DNA of 57,601 nucleotides, the filler included, from Jimgerdemannia flammicorona (taxonomy: Eukaryota), in NCBI GenBank assembly GCA_003990765.1. It is 3 parts of 3 records of this genome, joined end to end, with 100 filler letters (N's around TTAATTAATTAA, not from the genome) between each part and the next. Parts side by side here need not be neighbours in the genome. Positions count along the whole stretch, not along the records: positions 19,237 to 38,370 come from RBNJ01002018.1; 2 more parts are not named here. One strand, written 5' to 3'. Positions within the stretch are counted from its first letter, which is position 1; every line of letters starts with the position of its first letter. The notes beneath the pieces are model-generated. The model worked only from the letters and a program-made list of their open reading frames with translations. It searched no databases and was not told the origin of the DNA. The translations under genes were made by a program, and so were the position numbers. Shown here one piece after another: positions 25,785 to 37,106 of the stretch.

Positions 25785-27153
25785 GTGGTGATGATCAAAT
25801 TATAATAATTAATTTGTATAACTTTGAAATAGTATTAGAGCTCTTACTAGTTTTACTTCAATTATTGAATAGTTGTATAAGATAATCTTGAGCAGCAAGA
25901 TTCAGAACATGGGCTTGATACTATATATAGTTGTTATTGGCATCAAAGATTATATTTTCTTATTGAAGTTTTGTTGCTAAAATATGGAGAAATATAGTAT
26001 TATTAGAGATATTATCTGTTGTAATGGTCAATATCTATATTTCAAAATTTTGATATATAAAATTATATAGAAAGTAATTAATAATTAAAAGTAAAAAGTT
26101 TTTTTTTTTTTTTTTTTCATTCTCTTTTTATATTAGTTTAAAAATAAAAAACTCCTATACCTTAGTTGTAATTCCAAGCTCATGAATATAGTTTATAAAT
26201 ACTTCTGCAATATTTTTTCAAAGTGAGGACCCTCAAGCTTTATGAAGTCAAGAGTAAGAGTTTGAAGCTACCAATTGAAATCAATTTAATATCTAGTAAT
26301 ACTGAGAAATAAAATGACATTGAAAGATATTCAGACATCAATTGTAAATGAAATTTTACCTATAATATTCTATAGTAAAATTTAAAATATAGTTAGTAAC
26401 TATAATTAATTTAATAACATTCTTAATATTACTAATATTTTATCTGAAACTTTTGACAGAGATTATTATATTCTTTTTTATAAGCCTCTATAATATTATT
26501 ATGAATAATATCAGTACTTAGAGTGTATAAATCAGACTTGAGAAGACCAAAGAGACTTTGTAAAGTACTCTCAATTATTATAAATGGTTGATCATCATAT
26601 ATAATCTAATAAATAAGTTAATTTCAAAACTTTGAAGTAGAATATAGCTAAATTTGAAAGAATTTTTTTAAGTATAAAAGATATATTTTCAAATTTATAC
26701 TAAAATAAAAAAGAGATCACTTACTTACTATAGCTGGAATATCAATTTTACTTAATACTGTATTTAACTCTATTTTATCTGGATATTGGGCCTTTATATA
26801 TTTTATTATATTTATTGTAGAACTATTATATATTTTATATTTCTGCCTATATTTTAAATTTTTTATATTTATATCAAATAAACTATAGATATATTTAATG
26901 TAATTATAAGTTTTATTTTTTTTTTTTTTAAAAAAAAAAAAAACAAAAAAATTATTTACAATACTTATAAGTAACTTCATTTTTCCCAGTTTTGATACAG
27001 TATTGCCAAACTTCAAAATAAGGAGTATAGAATGGAATATTATTTAAAGAAGAAGTCTGACTTGAAGTATCACCAATACTAGAAAATACTGATAACTAAT
27101 CTATTGATATTGATATTGATATAGCATATATATAGGTATATATATATATATAT

Positions 27154-27659
27154 TGTAATGTAGTGGATACTTACTCTTGAAAGTACATCAGATTTCTGTA
27201 TCTTGAAAACTTGACTGTTCTGACTCTCGTAGAGTCTCTTGAAGTTGCAGGGGAGAGTGGGTGAGTTTGAAGTATATCTGCCCATAGGCTTACTAGTTCC
27301 TTTGCTATCTCTTTGCTTTTGAACTATTTGATCTAAGGTTTATTCACTTGAGGATACTGGGTTATTTATATAAGTTTGCTAGCTATGAGATGGTTACTGG
27401 GTTACATGGCTAAGTTATGAGTCATTTAACACTTTGTGAAATATTTCACCAGTTGCGAAATGCTATATTATATTAAGAAGCTCGATCTTGTACTTTGCGA
27501 AATATTTCGCCAGTTGCAAAATACTATACTATATCGAGAAGCTTGATCTTACACTTTGCATCAAGGACTGCTAACTATATGGCTATTCTACTTTGGGACT
27601 GGGTGCGATCAAGTGTCTGTTCCCTATTTCCTTCTTCCGAATCTGACTATACCATCACA
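27154..27659 (-). repeat. 3' LTR of Gypsy element
   Basis: TGTAATG...CATCACA, alignable over its length with 33408-33936. Confidence 0.93.
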
Positions 27660-30600
27660 ACTTCCTCCTGAATAGATGACCTTATCCTTGAAGTATCTAT
27701 TCAAACTCCCAGGCTTCAATGGTCTGTATGGTCTTGTATTATGTGATTTATTACATTACTGTTTCCCAATGGTGTCACCTGACTTGGTTGAAGTCTGAGG
27801 GAGTCACTCCTCACAGGTGGGCTAGTGCTGGTTCATCCTCTTGGAATAGCTTGTAGATTCTCTTAGCAATGGTGATCTGGAAATAGGAGAGCTAGCATTC
27901 TGCGATCCAATTTTCTTTGGTCATTTCTGGATCTTAGTTGAGTACTTGGCCAAGTTTGAAGTACTCTTGGAATTCATTTCGATGCTGATAGGCCTTAAAG
28001 TGTGAGATCTGAGAGAGATGAGTCTGCATAATGCTTTGGATACTATCATAAGACTCCTCTATGGTCGGAGGCTCAGTGGTGCACCATTGTCTCTCAATGG
28101 CTCTTTGGGCAGTACTAGTAATCTTGAGTGCCATTGTAGTACTTTTGTTACTGGCCATGATATTTCTTGAGTTGGTTTTGATAAATGGTGGTGGGGATTA
28201 TTGTATCTAAGGGTTTTCATAGCCCAAAGGTGGTCCCTTTTATATCTTACACAAGATAAGGTCCTTCCCACTTGGGCTCCAGTTTTTGTGACCATGAAGC
28301 TTCTATCATATTCTGATACACTAGGACTTTGTCTCCTATCTTGATAATCTTCAAGAGTTTGTAGGTCTTTTCTGCATTCCTCCATTGTAGTGCCTGCGCC
28401 TTGGTTATGTAATCCTCAGCCTTCTTCCTGATTTGGTGTAGTCTCTGTATTTCCATGTCCACATGTTTCCATACAGTATCTCTATTGGATAATAGGGTTC
28501 TCTGAGAACATTCTTCTCTAAACAGCATTTCTCAAGGGGTAAAGTGGGTACTTTGTGATCAGATATCCCGGAGAGCAGATAATACTATTGGCAGATAGTG
28601 ATCCCAGTTCTCGTAGTTATCACAGATCTTGGCAATAACGTTCTTGAGAGTTTTGTTGGTCCTTTCTACTTGTCTGTTTCCTTGAGGGTAATATACTGTG
28701 GTCCAAATATACTGGATCTTATACTTCTTATAGAGAACTTCGAAGAACTAATTCACAAATTCTGTTCCTCTATCTGTAGTTACTTGTGTTGGGGTCTTGA
28801 ACCAGCAGATGATTTCTTTGTAGAAGAAATCAGTGATTGACTGTATATTGGCTTCTATAAGGGGTTCTGCTTCTATCTATTTTGTAAAAAGGTCTATGAT
28901 GATGATGATGTATCAGTTGCCAGTCAAAGTCAAGGATAGAGGGCCAATTACATTCATTACAATGTGGGCAAATGGTACTGGTTCTATGTGTGCTGATCCT
29001 GGGGCTTGATTTCATTGGTCTTTTTTCTGTTTCTGGCATTTGTTGCAGGTCTTGATGAATTGTCTGATATCTTTCTCTATCCCTGGTCACCATATTGTTC
29101 TTCTTGCCTTGTCATATGTATTTATTCCTCCTAGATGGCCAAGTTCATGTACTGATTTCATTGCTTACTCCTTCTTGTATTCTGATATAACTAGTAGTTT
29201 TCCTTTTGTCAGTGTTTCTCCATCAGTTTCGAATTGTTTCCATGTTCTGCTGAAAATCGTTTGTGTCCATTCTTCCAGATGTTGGGGCATCTTTTGCTGT
29301 CCCAGGTATGTGATAATTCCATAGTAGAGCTCCTTATTCATGATTAATTTGTTGGTTGAAGGTAGTTCAGGGTGTCTATGAAAGGGCATCTGCATTGGCA
29401 TTGGTTCTTCCAGAGCAGTGTACAATGGTTATATTATAAGCTTGTAACTTCATTATCTATCTGACATAGATTCCTTTGGGTTGTCTGGTTATCAGTAGCC
29501 ACATGAGAGCTGAGTGGTCCATTTGGATAGTGAAGTGTCTCCCAGCCAAGTAGTAGTGGAACTTTTCTACAGCCTAGATAACTGCAAGGCATTCCAACTT
29601 ATAGAATTCATATTCTTTTTCAGCTCCTTGGGTTCTGTGGCTGAGGTATGTGATGATATACTCCACTTTATCTTTCTTTTGAGCTAGGACTACTCCTAGT
29701 CCTTGTGCACTTGCATCAGTCTGTAGGATGAATTCTTGAGTCCAGTCAGGTCTTCTGAGGATGGGTGCCTGGGTCAGTCTAACCTTGAGTTCATCAAATG
29801 CTTTTTGTTATCTGTCAGTCTACTGGAACTTGGTATTCTTTTTGTTAAGTTCGTAGATTGGTCCTGTAATATTAGAAAATTCTCTAATAAATCTGTGATA
29901 ATAGGAGGCAAGTCTCATGAAGGCTTGGGCTTCTGTAACAGTGGTGGGTCTTGGGTATGCTGCCACTGCTTGTATCTTGAGGGGGTCCATGTGTGTTCCA
30001 TCTCAGTTGATGATGTGGCTGAGATAGGAGATCTCAATTTCTGTGAATTTGTATTTCTTGGGCTTGATGTATAGACCATGCTCTCTCAGTTTTTCCATTA
30101 TCTGCCAGATGTACTGCAGGTGTTCTTCTGGTGTCTGGCTGTAGATGATTACATCATCAATATAGACCATCATCCATCTTCCCATGTCATAGTAGAAGAT
30201 TTTGTTCATCATTCACTAGAAACTTGCTGGTGTATTGCACATTCCAAATGGCATTCATAGGTAGATATAGGTTCTGTCTGAGGTGATGAAAGCTGACTTT
30301 TTACTTGCCATGTCTGTGAGTCCGATTTGGTGAAATTCTGAGTATAAGTCCAAAGTGCTGTAGTACTATACTTCATCTCCCAGTGTTATGAGGATGTCAT
30401 TGATGAGGGGCAGTGGTTGGCAATCCTTCTTGGTAACCATGTTGAGCTTTCTGTAGTCAACACAGAGTCTTGGGGCGAATTCTTCAGGCTTGCTGCCTTT
30501 TTTTGGGGCTAGGACAACAGGTGAGGACCAGGGGCTGCTGGCTTCTTTAATGATGCTGGCTTCTTCCATCTGCTTGATTTCTTCTCTGAGCCATTCTCAG

Positions 30601-30829
30601 TAGGCTGGTGGGACAGGTCTTGCCTTCTGATAAATTGGTTTGGTGTCTCCAGTATCTACTTCATGATAGTAGTGTGGTAAGGATATCTTCAAATTCGTGG
30701 AGTATTTTCTTAAGTTCTTTCTTGAGTGGGAATTCATTTCCGATGGTGTAGCTATGCTTGCTTATGTTTTCCTCCTTCTTATGCTCGAGTTCAGTAATTT
30801 TAGTGCTGGTGAATACTCCTCTTCCTGTG

Positions 30830-31240
30830 GATCCAAATCTTTTCTTTCCTCTTTTCATTTCCTCCAGCTTCTTAACTTCTAAGATCTTTAGTTGTAGAAT
30901 CAGAAAGATCAACATTTGCACCAATTGGTCCTTCTTCTTGACTGGAAATGGAATTGTAGGATTGTGATTCCTAGCAATGAGTAGAATTTCTCTAGTATAG
31001 TCTGAATTGATGACTCCTCCTTCAATTGTGATTTTGCTTCTAGCCAGGCTGCTTCTTGTCTTGAGAATCCTGACATGATCCTTTGGGATGGTCATCTCCA
31101 GTCCAGTTGTGAGTAGGGTAGTTATCTGGGGTTCTAGTACAGTCTCTTCTACTGTAGCAATGTCCATTCCAGCTACATTTTCTGACTTGTATTCTGGCAA
31201 GACTGCATCAGGGTAGATTTTGCGAATTTTAACCTTGATT
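30830..31240 (-). pseudogene. dUTPase domain within the Gypsy pol
   Basis: All five trimeric dUTPase motifs appear in order, partly mutated: AGMDIA, RSSLA, GGVINSDYTREI, LVQMLI, RGKKRFGSTG. Confidence 0.9.
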
Positions 31241-33407
31241 TCTTCTTCATCATCACTGTCCTCCAGGAGAGCTGGTGGTTCATCATCTTCCTCCTTTTCT
31301 TCTTCCCTGATCTGTTTTTCGAGAGCTTTCTGCCTTCTTTCCTGGTGGATCTTCTTGATTCTGATGGTACACTGATAGTAATCATTGACATGCTCTATAT
31401 AGTACATCTTGATCTCATGAGAACAGACTCCTTGTGGGGCATAACCTTCTGTGATCTTCTTGCACCATTCTTCTTTACTTATCTATCCAACTTTCTTCTT
31501 CTTTGGAGTAGTCACCATATAAGCTTCCTCTTGCTCGCTCTCCTCTTCCTCTATGTCAGGCAGGACTCCTTTGTTGATATTGATAGGAATTCGTATCTTC
31601 TGTCCCTGGTAGGTGATCTGTATCTTCTGGGCATTGAGATCGATTACTGCCTTGGCTTTGTGAAGTCATTGATTGCTGAAGAGGATGTCATAGTTGGTGG
31701 TATTGGCTACAATTACATCTACTGGGATGGTTGCTTCTCCTATCTTGATGGGAACATCTCAGATCTTTCCCAGAGGTGTGCTCTTGTACCCTTGGCTGTG
31801 ATGAACACCAGCTTAGTTGCTTCTTCCACATCCCAACCTAAGCAGTCCACTGCCTTCTTGCTGAGAAGACATCCTCCTGCTCCCATATCAATGATGGCTT
31901 CAAAGATTCTATCCTCGATTTGGCATGTTGCATAAGCAGAGGTTTTGCAATTGTCCTCACTTTCTTCTCCTGAGTCCTCTTGAATGTTATTGGCCTCAGT
32001 TATCTTCCATCCTTGTTCCTTAGTTGTTTTGGCAAGTCCAAACCTTATTTGCTGTCTGAATGTTGGGATTTCTGTAAGCTGACGAAAGGTTGCATTGACC
32101 TTTTGTTGACTGAGGTCTTTAAAGATATTATACTTGAAGGTCTTGGTCTTGCAAAGCTTCTTTTCTTTTTCTCCTTCACTGGCTGGAGTGGTTCCTTAGA
32201 TGATATCTTGAACTGCTTGCTCCAGCTCTATATCTTGGTCCATCTCTTCAGCTTGGCTTTCTGTGGCAGTTTTCATCCACTTTTTCACTGGGTTCTTCTT
32301 GAGTCTTCCTGGCAGTCTCTTGTAGAGTTCTTTGTGAACATCCTTCTTAGTGGTCTGAGCAGGATAGGCCTCCCATTCCTCTTCATCAGATTCTCTGATT
32401 TCTTCAAAGATAATTGTATTGATCTGCTCCTTGTTTCATGTGGCATTACTTGGTTGAGCCTTGCGCTTGGTTTCACTCATGTATTCATAGGAGTAGTGGC
32501 CTTCTTCTCCATAGCTGTAGCAGGTACCTTTCTTCTTGTCTGAGGTGGTGGCAAACTTCTGAACAGGGCAGCGATCTCTTCCTCAGATTTTCTTTACTAC
32601 ATCTCCCAGGTGAGCAGTCATTTCAGCAAACCTTTTGGTGAGTTCCTCCATAGGGTCACTGTTCTTTTGCTACTCTGTAGCTTTTGGCTGAGATGTGTTC
32701 TGATTGATCATTGTGGTGGGGATCACACTAGTTGACTTAGGTGCCTTGATTCTAACTCCTGTAACTCTCTCCATTGTATGGTCTTGTAGATGTCTGGCTA
32801 TCCAGTATTGCTGAGCATAGGTGACCTTTTGTAGCAGATCCAGAATCACTGGTGATGAGTGGATAGCCATGGCTATTTCTGGATGGACTCCTTTCATGAA
32901 GGTTGCTTCAGCTACTTGATCTCGGATAGCAGTAGCATAATCTGTAAGGATTATCTGATATCAAATTCTAGTATAGAATGTGTTTGGATCCTCACTCATT
33001 CCTTGGCATATTGTATTGAGCTGATCCTTCAGGGCTTGCTTGATCTCATCTATATAATATGTATTTTGGAGCCAGGTCTTCTGTGCTGTCAGTATAGCAT
33101 CAGCATCATTTCCTGTATGGGTTACGGCTGTGAATACTGCTCTGGCAGGACCTCGTAGACTGAAGGGCATAAGGGCTACTTGTTGTACTGCTGTCAGGGT
33201 CCTTACAGCAGTATACTGCTTGAAATCGTCAATGAAGGTGATGATTGATTCATCTGAGGTATATCTGTAGAATACTGGCAGTCTCATATCCATCTTGTCT
33301 AGGTATTGGGGCTCAGTTTGTATGGTTGTTTGGGTAGTGGTGGTTGTTCGTTGTTCAGCTTGAAAGTGAGGGATTTATCTTGAATTACCAGCCAATGGGC
33401 ACCAAGT

Positions 33408-33936
33408 TGTAATGTAGCAGATGCTTACTCTTGAAAGTATGTTGGATTTCTGTATCTTGAAAACTTGACTGTTCTGACTCTCACAGAGTCTCTTGAAGTT
33501 GCAGGGGAGGGTGGGTAAGTTCAAAGTGTATCTGCCCACAGACTTACTAGTTCCTTTGCTATCTCTTTGCTTTTGAACTATTTCGATCTGAGGTTTATTC
33601 ACTCGAGGATACTGGGCTATTTATATAAGTTTGCTAGCTATGAGATGGTTACTGGGTTACATGGCTAAGTTATTAGTCATTTAACACTTTGCGAAATATT
33701 TTGCTAGTTGCGAAATACTATACTATATTGAGAAGCTCAATCTTACACTTTGCGAAATATTTCGCCAGTTGCGAAATGCTATACTATATCGAGAAGCTCG
33801 ATCTTGCACTTTGCGAAATATTTTGCAAATGGCAAAATTGAGGACTGCTAACTATGTGGCTATACTACTTTGAGACTAGGTGCAATCAAGTGTCTGTTCC
33901 CTATTTCCTTCTTCCAAATCTGACTATACCATTACA
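33408..33936 (-). repeat. 5' LTR of Gypsy element
   Basis: TGTAATG...CATTACA, with the PBS immediately internal. Confidence 0.93.
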
Positions 33937-34265
33937 ATATTCATGTTTATATTTATAAACATACATATAAATATTTTTCTCTCATATTTCTCTATTTATA
34001 TATATATATAAGTAAATTATATGACAAGTTTTATTTATTTATAAGATTCAAATTAGATAATTCAAATCTAGCCAAGATTCAAATTTAGTAATTCAAATCT
34101 GATGATTCAAATCTGATGATTTGAATTCAGTGATTTGAATTAATCATATGATGAATTCAAACTAATTCTAATTAGTTCAAATTGATTATATAATTAATTC
34201 AAATTAGTTTAAATCAGGAATAGTTACAATTTAAACTAATTTGAACTAACTTGTTCAGAGCACTA

Positions 34266-34549
34266 AATATAGTTCTGATATAGGTGACTGCTTTTTGGAT
34301 AGAGTTAAGATATATATATTTATTACTCTCTAGTGATAGAAAGAGTATAGTGTACAAAATGAGGTGTGGGCAATTTTGCTCTATTATATCTAATATGGTC
34401 AAACTGCTGGACAATAGCTAGTCTAGGTTTAATAGAGATATAGTACTCAGTGAGTAGTGGGGGAGAGATTCAGTTTATATATATAGTCTAGGTTCTCTTT
34501 CAATAAAATCTACAGAACTTCAGGTCTATTAAAAAAAAAAAAAAAAAAA

Positions 34550-34584
<35 letters not shown>
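34266..34584 (+). mobile_element. Decayed 3' tail of a non-LTR retroelement with poly(A)
   Basis: AATAAA at ~34502 followed by an A-tract at 34531-34584 inside the TE island; no intact ORF. Confidence 0.45.
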
Positions 34585-34588
<4 letters not shown>

Positions 34589-34619
34589 TCATATGATCTA
34601 GATAATAATATTATAAATA

Positions 34620-35340
34620 AGTAAATATAAAGAAGTAGAAAATAAGATAAGCAAAAGATATAGAAAATAATATATCAAAACCCCTAAATACTGAAGCTTT
34701 AGCAAATATATTACTTAACTATATATTTATCTGAAAGATTTATTCTGAGTATAAACAGCTTTATATTAAGTATAAATAGTTATCTTAAATATAAATAGTC
34801 AGTTATTTATATATAGAATAAACAGAGCAGTTATATATATACTAATTTAATTATATATATACTTCATCAAAATCTGTAAACTATTACTTAGTCAATATAT
34901 ATAAATATCTCAGCAATTATATTTAAATTAAACAAGCTCTTAGTTAAATATAAAATACAAGAAGTCTTTTCTTTACATATACTCACTTGAGTTCTTAGTA
35001 ATGATATCCAAGTTAAAATATAAGAGATATTGAAATAAGTATTATTACAGAGCTATCTATATATAAGATTGAATATATATTAACATATCTCAACTAAAAA
35101 ACTTATAGAGGAGAAGAGTATATAAATTCTATAAGTTAGAGTATCTTATAGTCATCTGGGCTATAAAAAAGTTTTTACTATTTTGACAGATCATTCAGCT
35201 CTTATCTGATTATTAACTATATATAATTTTTGAGTTTTATAAAAAAAAATAAAAAAATAAAAAAATAAAAATAAAAATATTAAATTTTTTTATAGAAAAA
35301 TTTGCCTATATCTAAACTCAAAATATAGTGATATAGCCTG
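34620..35340 (+). mobile_element. Extremely decayed LTR-retrotransposon RT/RNase H relic
   Basis: LEYLIVIWAIKKF at ~35136-35175 matches the Gypsy-type RNase H motif LECLAVIWAIKKF; the region is extremely TpA-rich. Confidence 0.55.
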
Positions 35341-35689
35341 ACTCTGACTATATTATTATGTAGATATCATCAATATATATAAAAGTATATAAGTTAGTAT
35401 TAATAAACAATACCCTCCTTTCTCTCTTCACTCTTTTAAGTATTCTACAATAAAAGGTTATAAGCTTTGCTAGTGAAAGTAGATAACAAATATACCCCTC
35501 TAATATATATACTACACTATACTATAATATGTCAGTCAATACTAGTAACATACCAAGTTTAAGTAATATAAGTAGAATAGGACCTAAAATGAATATTAGC
35601 AATATAAGTATACTTAATATATATGATAATCATAATTATAACTATTTCTATAGTAATACTAATGATGATAAAGAGGATGATTTCTATCT

Positions 35690-37106
35690 TTGATTGTAAA
35701 GATTATATCATATAGGTATACTATATAAAGAACCTCTTGAAAGAATATAGTTTGGAAGATTACTAAAAGTCACAGATACATATGTATAAGTAATAGTATA
35801 TGAAGTCATAAAGAATTACAGAGCACTAAAAGAGATTATATTTACTCTTTCAAACATACAAATAAAACTCATCATTAATACTATGATGATGAATAAAGCC
35901 TGAAAGATCTTATATAATCACTACCAGTAGATATCTATGTTAAACAGATTCTATCTAAAAGTACAACTGTTTAATCTTCAAATAAAGTTCAAGAAGAGTA
36001 TCTAGGATTATATTAACTATATTGATGATCTGACAAATCAAGTGAACTCTCTTTCTATACTGATAGAACTTATTAAGGATGAAGATAAGGTTCTGACCCT
36101 TATATATAGCTTTTCTGAGATATACAATATAGTTGTTACTGCTATAAGAGAATCTGGCAAACTATCAGACTACAAATACATTATCATAAGCCTTTTAAAT
36201 GAAAAATCAAGACTGAGTAGCAATGACAATAATGTTGGTGATGAGAAAGCTTTCTATAAAATATATAGATAAGACAAAAATAAGCCAAGTAAAGGATGAG
36301 ACCAAGATCAGTAATATAAGAAATTTGATGGTAAATACTTCTACTATAATAAGTATGGATATTGTGAGCAAGACTATAACTATAAGAAAAAGAAAAAGAG
36401 TGATCAAGATGAGCAATATAGACAATGGTAGATAAATATTATAAATACTGATAGTAATAATGAAAATAGTAAAGATAATAGAGATCTGTTTTTCATAGAA
36501 GTAGTGATCTATCTATATACAGAAGGAGTTATAAAAAAGAAAAATATTAACATAAGCACCAGCACAAATATAAGTTATATGCTAAGTATATATATATATA
36601 GTGAAGAAGTCTGGCTTATAGATTCCAGTATAATATAGTATATAATAGCTCACTATAAGTAGTTATCTATATATGAGAAGTTTAAGTATCCTATATCTAT
36701 CAAACTAGATAACAATAACATCATCTATACTCAAGATAAGGAAAATGTTAGTATATATTTATATGAGAAAGTTGATAAACTCTCAGATATTTTTATGGAC
36801 ATATATACTATATACTTCAGATATTAGTAAGAATCTCTTCTCAATCAGCTGAATGATAGCTTGAGAAGATAAAGGAGTAAATATATAACTAAATAGTATA
36901 ATAGTAATCAATCTAAAGAACAATAAGAAATTAATATATATATCAAAAAAAGGGAATCTATATGTAATCAATAATATATCAAGTAGTATATCATTTATAT
37001 ATTTTACTATAACTAGAGAGGATCTCTGATATATATAGTATGAATACTTAGAATATATCAGCAAGATGAGCTTAGAGCAGATAATAAGGAGTAAATATGT
37101 ATATAG
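35690..37106 (+). mobile_element. Decayed Ty1/Copia relic (gag, zinc knuckle, protease, GAG-pre-integrase), cut by the second Gypsy
   Basis: NRFYLKVQLFNL...DYINYIDDL...DEDKVLTLIYSFSEIY (Copia gag); KYFYYNKYGYCEQDY (mutated CxxCxxxGHxxxxC); WLIDSS (from WLIDSG); KNLFSIS. Confidence 0.75.

Larger units (their letters stand above)
27154..33936 (-). mobile_element. Full-length, inactivated Ty3/Gypsy LTR retrotransposon: gag - protease - dUTPase - RT - RNase H - integrase, plus a small 3' ORF
   Basis: Direct LTRs 27154-27659 and 33408-33936 (TG...CA), ATAT on both flanks, PBS TGGTGCCCATTGGCTGG next to the 5' LTR, PPT AGGAGGAAG next to the 3' LTR. Motifs: IIDMGAGG (protease), SSPWSSPVVL/RLCVDYRKLN/YIDDVIIYS (RT), TDASAQGLG (RNase H), KLEPKWEGPY (integrase C-terminus). 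Confidence 0.95.
25035..34265 (-). mobile_element. Decayed hAT-family DNA transposon (transposase relic 25035-~27100; 5' end/TIR at 34265), interrupted by a MITE and a Gypsy element
   Basis: Minus-strand relics KISFTIDV*, LDFIKLEGPH, ITTDN, AHVLNLAAQD and ILDVSTHWNST (from DVSTRWNST) are hAT transposase motifs. TIR GTTCAGAGCACTA at 34253-34265 with GATTCAAAT subterminal repeats at 34045-34200. Confidence 0.8.

Noticed and set aside
18710..34265. One giant hAT element bounded by inverted TAGTGCTC(C/T)GAAC ends
   Set aside because: The flanks are not an 8-bp TSD (GTAGTACT versus AATATAGT), the interrupted LINE does not resume after 34265, the ends differ greatly in decay and a gap lies between them; they are probably two insertions.
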